Source: Bigelowiella natans CCMP2755 (Eukaryota > Protista > Cercozoa). From it: a DNA stretch of 39,097 nucleotides. The stretch spans positions 1 to 39,097 of the forward strand of contig ADNK01000564.1 in assembly GCA_000320545.1 (NCBI GenBank), in the 5' to 3' direction. Numbering within the stretch: position 1 is the first letter of the stretch; each line of letters starts with the position of its first letter. Under the pieces are notes generated by a model that had not been told where the DNA came from, did no database searches, and saw only the letters and a program-made list of their open reading frames with translations. Below are positions 37,451-39,097 of the stretch, in pieces. The position numbers were made by a program, and so were the translations under genes.

Positions 37451-37730
37451 AGGATGGTTACCGGGATCGTTGCGATACTAGCGGTCAGCACAGCATGCGT
37501 CGTTTGATGAGCAAACAATGACTACAAGAAAGAGGGAGGAATAAGAGAGGATTGTTGATAGAAGAGTGTGTGTGTGTGTGTGTGTTTTGGATTACGACGA
37601 CAGAGGTCATCAATTTTCTCACTAATTTTGTGGTTTCTTTGGACAATATAGGGCCTTCTAGCACAAATGATGGTGACGAATACGTCTGCGTTTGATGTCG
37701 GTAGGGACCCTTAAGTATGACGACGACAAC

Positions 37731-37761
<31 letters not shown>

Positions 37762-38603
37762 GTGAGAATTACGATGACAAAACATACACAATTGGATCAA
37801 CGCGGATACTTCCTAAATTTCTTCATTTTTTACTGCTTTTATATGTAGGTAGGTAGTAGTAGTAGTAGTAATAGTAGCCTGTATTCCATTTCCCAGTCAT
37901 CATCATCATCATCATCAACAACATCATCATCATCATCATCACTGCATACGATCATAATGCCTTGGTATGGTTATCTTCTGTTGGTTAATCCCTGCTGCTT
38001 CTGCTCCTCATCCCTCCTCCTCCTCCTCCTCTTTAGGCGTGGTGAGCTTTGGAGAAGAAGTCGCTGTCTTTGAACTCGCAGCAGCAGTCTTACTCTTCGG
38101 TTGTCATCATGCGAGAAGAATACATGTGTTAGATAAAGAGGAGGAGGAGGAGGAGGAGGAGGAGGAGGAGGAGGAGGCGGAGGAAGCAAATAACAATAAA
38201 AACGTCGTTGCTGTAGCTGTGTAGTGAATGCGGTCGTTGATGGATGCTGCTCCATGATTCTGTCACTTCAACGAATGAATTACGACACTTCCAGTTTTAA
38301 GCTGCTTCGTGGCAGAGCCTCATCAAATGACCATTATTGATTCGTCTCCCATCTGCCCCCCTACTTGTGGGCTGACCTTAGGTTTCGCGTGCACATGGTG
38401 GTTTTGGGAAGAGGAGGGCGACGCTGCTCCGATGCAAAGGCATAACACCAGCTTAAACGCAGACGACATCGATGACGATGACCTAGATGAGGACATGACT
38501 TTAGAATCAAAGAGGAGTTATCTCAACGGTATGTACGATGATATCCGCACATATGCTTCTCAGTCATTTCGAATTCCAGTGAGGCTGGTGATGATGAGGA
38601 TGC

Positions 38604-38644
<41 letters not shown>

Positions 38645-39097
38645 ATGGGGATGATGATCTGACAAAGGAAAATGGAGAGATCGTTCTATCCTAGTATCGT
38701 ACTCACATAAAAGGCCAAAGCAACGTAATTCAGACATCCGAAATGTTACCCCCCTACCCCCCCTGCCCATATGGACGATGAGCAACTTGGATAATAGAGA
38801 CCCACCCCCCTTCATCTTGTTAGAAAATCCTGGAAGATGTAGGTTATCGATCTGCTCAAAGTTAGGTAAAGCTGTGCCTTACATAGAGAGAGTACCAAAG
38901 TGTGGTGAAAATGATGGTAGATTGATTGATTGATAGATTGGTAATAGGTAGATAGGTACAAAGGAGGTACAAGAACTAGCTGGGTTGGGAGGGATAATCC
39001 CTGCTTTTCCTCTCTCTCTCTCTCCCTGCTCTCTCTCTCTCTACGTACGTAACGTAACGTAACGTAACGTAACGTAACGTAACGTAACGTAACGTAA
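34802..39097 (+). CDS. MFSD5: MFS transporter, molybdate-anion transporter family (MFSD5/MOT2, DUF791); runs off the right edge, start unresolved
   Basis: Exons read FRWLQ|VRYLLIWALAVFGDWLQ|GPYVYKVYH|..IQSLFVTGCLSAAILG..|AGLADFVGRKK..|ILVLGRILSGISQSL|QYSVFESWLVRRH..|GFPSEWIRDTFKKA|..GIVAILA|GLLAQ. DWLQGPY and SxFESW are family signatures. Confidence 0.88.
39047..39097. repeat. (AACGT)n pentanucleotide array running off the window end
   Basis: About ten perfect units following a (CT)n tract. Confidence 0.95.

Noticed and set aside
457-38815. Most 60-140 aa ORFs in the track (poly-I, poly-H/T, CVCV, ERER, poly-L)
   Set aside because: They are translations of intronic microsatellites or antisense/out-of-frame overlaps of real exons.
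1-39097. Functional clustering of the ten genes; tRNA/rRNA genes
   Set aside because: The functions are unrelated (signalling, hypusination, mitochondrial import, transport), and no structural RNA signature was recognised by eye.

Overview
Eukaryotic (protist-like) nuclear DNA with intron-rich genes and microsatellite-loaded GT-AG introns. Most entries in the six-frame ORF track are repeat artefacts, so I rebuilt genes by splicing exons by eye. Ten protein-coding genes emerge, left to right: a myristoylated EF-hand + PH protein with CDPK7-like layout (-, cut at the left edge), an RNI-like LRR protein (+), an intronless PIN/NYN-fold nuclease with a mitochondrial-type presequence (-), a C2-domain protein ending in five GCYW...HR...G..DWS repeats (+), SIN1/Avo1 (-), a SHOCT + alpha-kinase (+), DOHH (-), a small Tim protein (+), an unknown membrane protein (-) and an MFSD5/MOT2 transporter (+, cut at the right edge). 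The ten genes alternate strand perfectly, forming five head-to-head pairs. The ~0.8-1.3 kb tail-to-tail spacers lack long microsatellite arrays. Three of the four spacers are packed with CTAG-centred short palindromes, and the third and fourth share a ~40-bp element. No rRNA, tRNA, CRISPR or transposase was recognised. Exon boundaries and several start codons are manual estimates.
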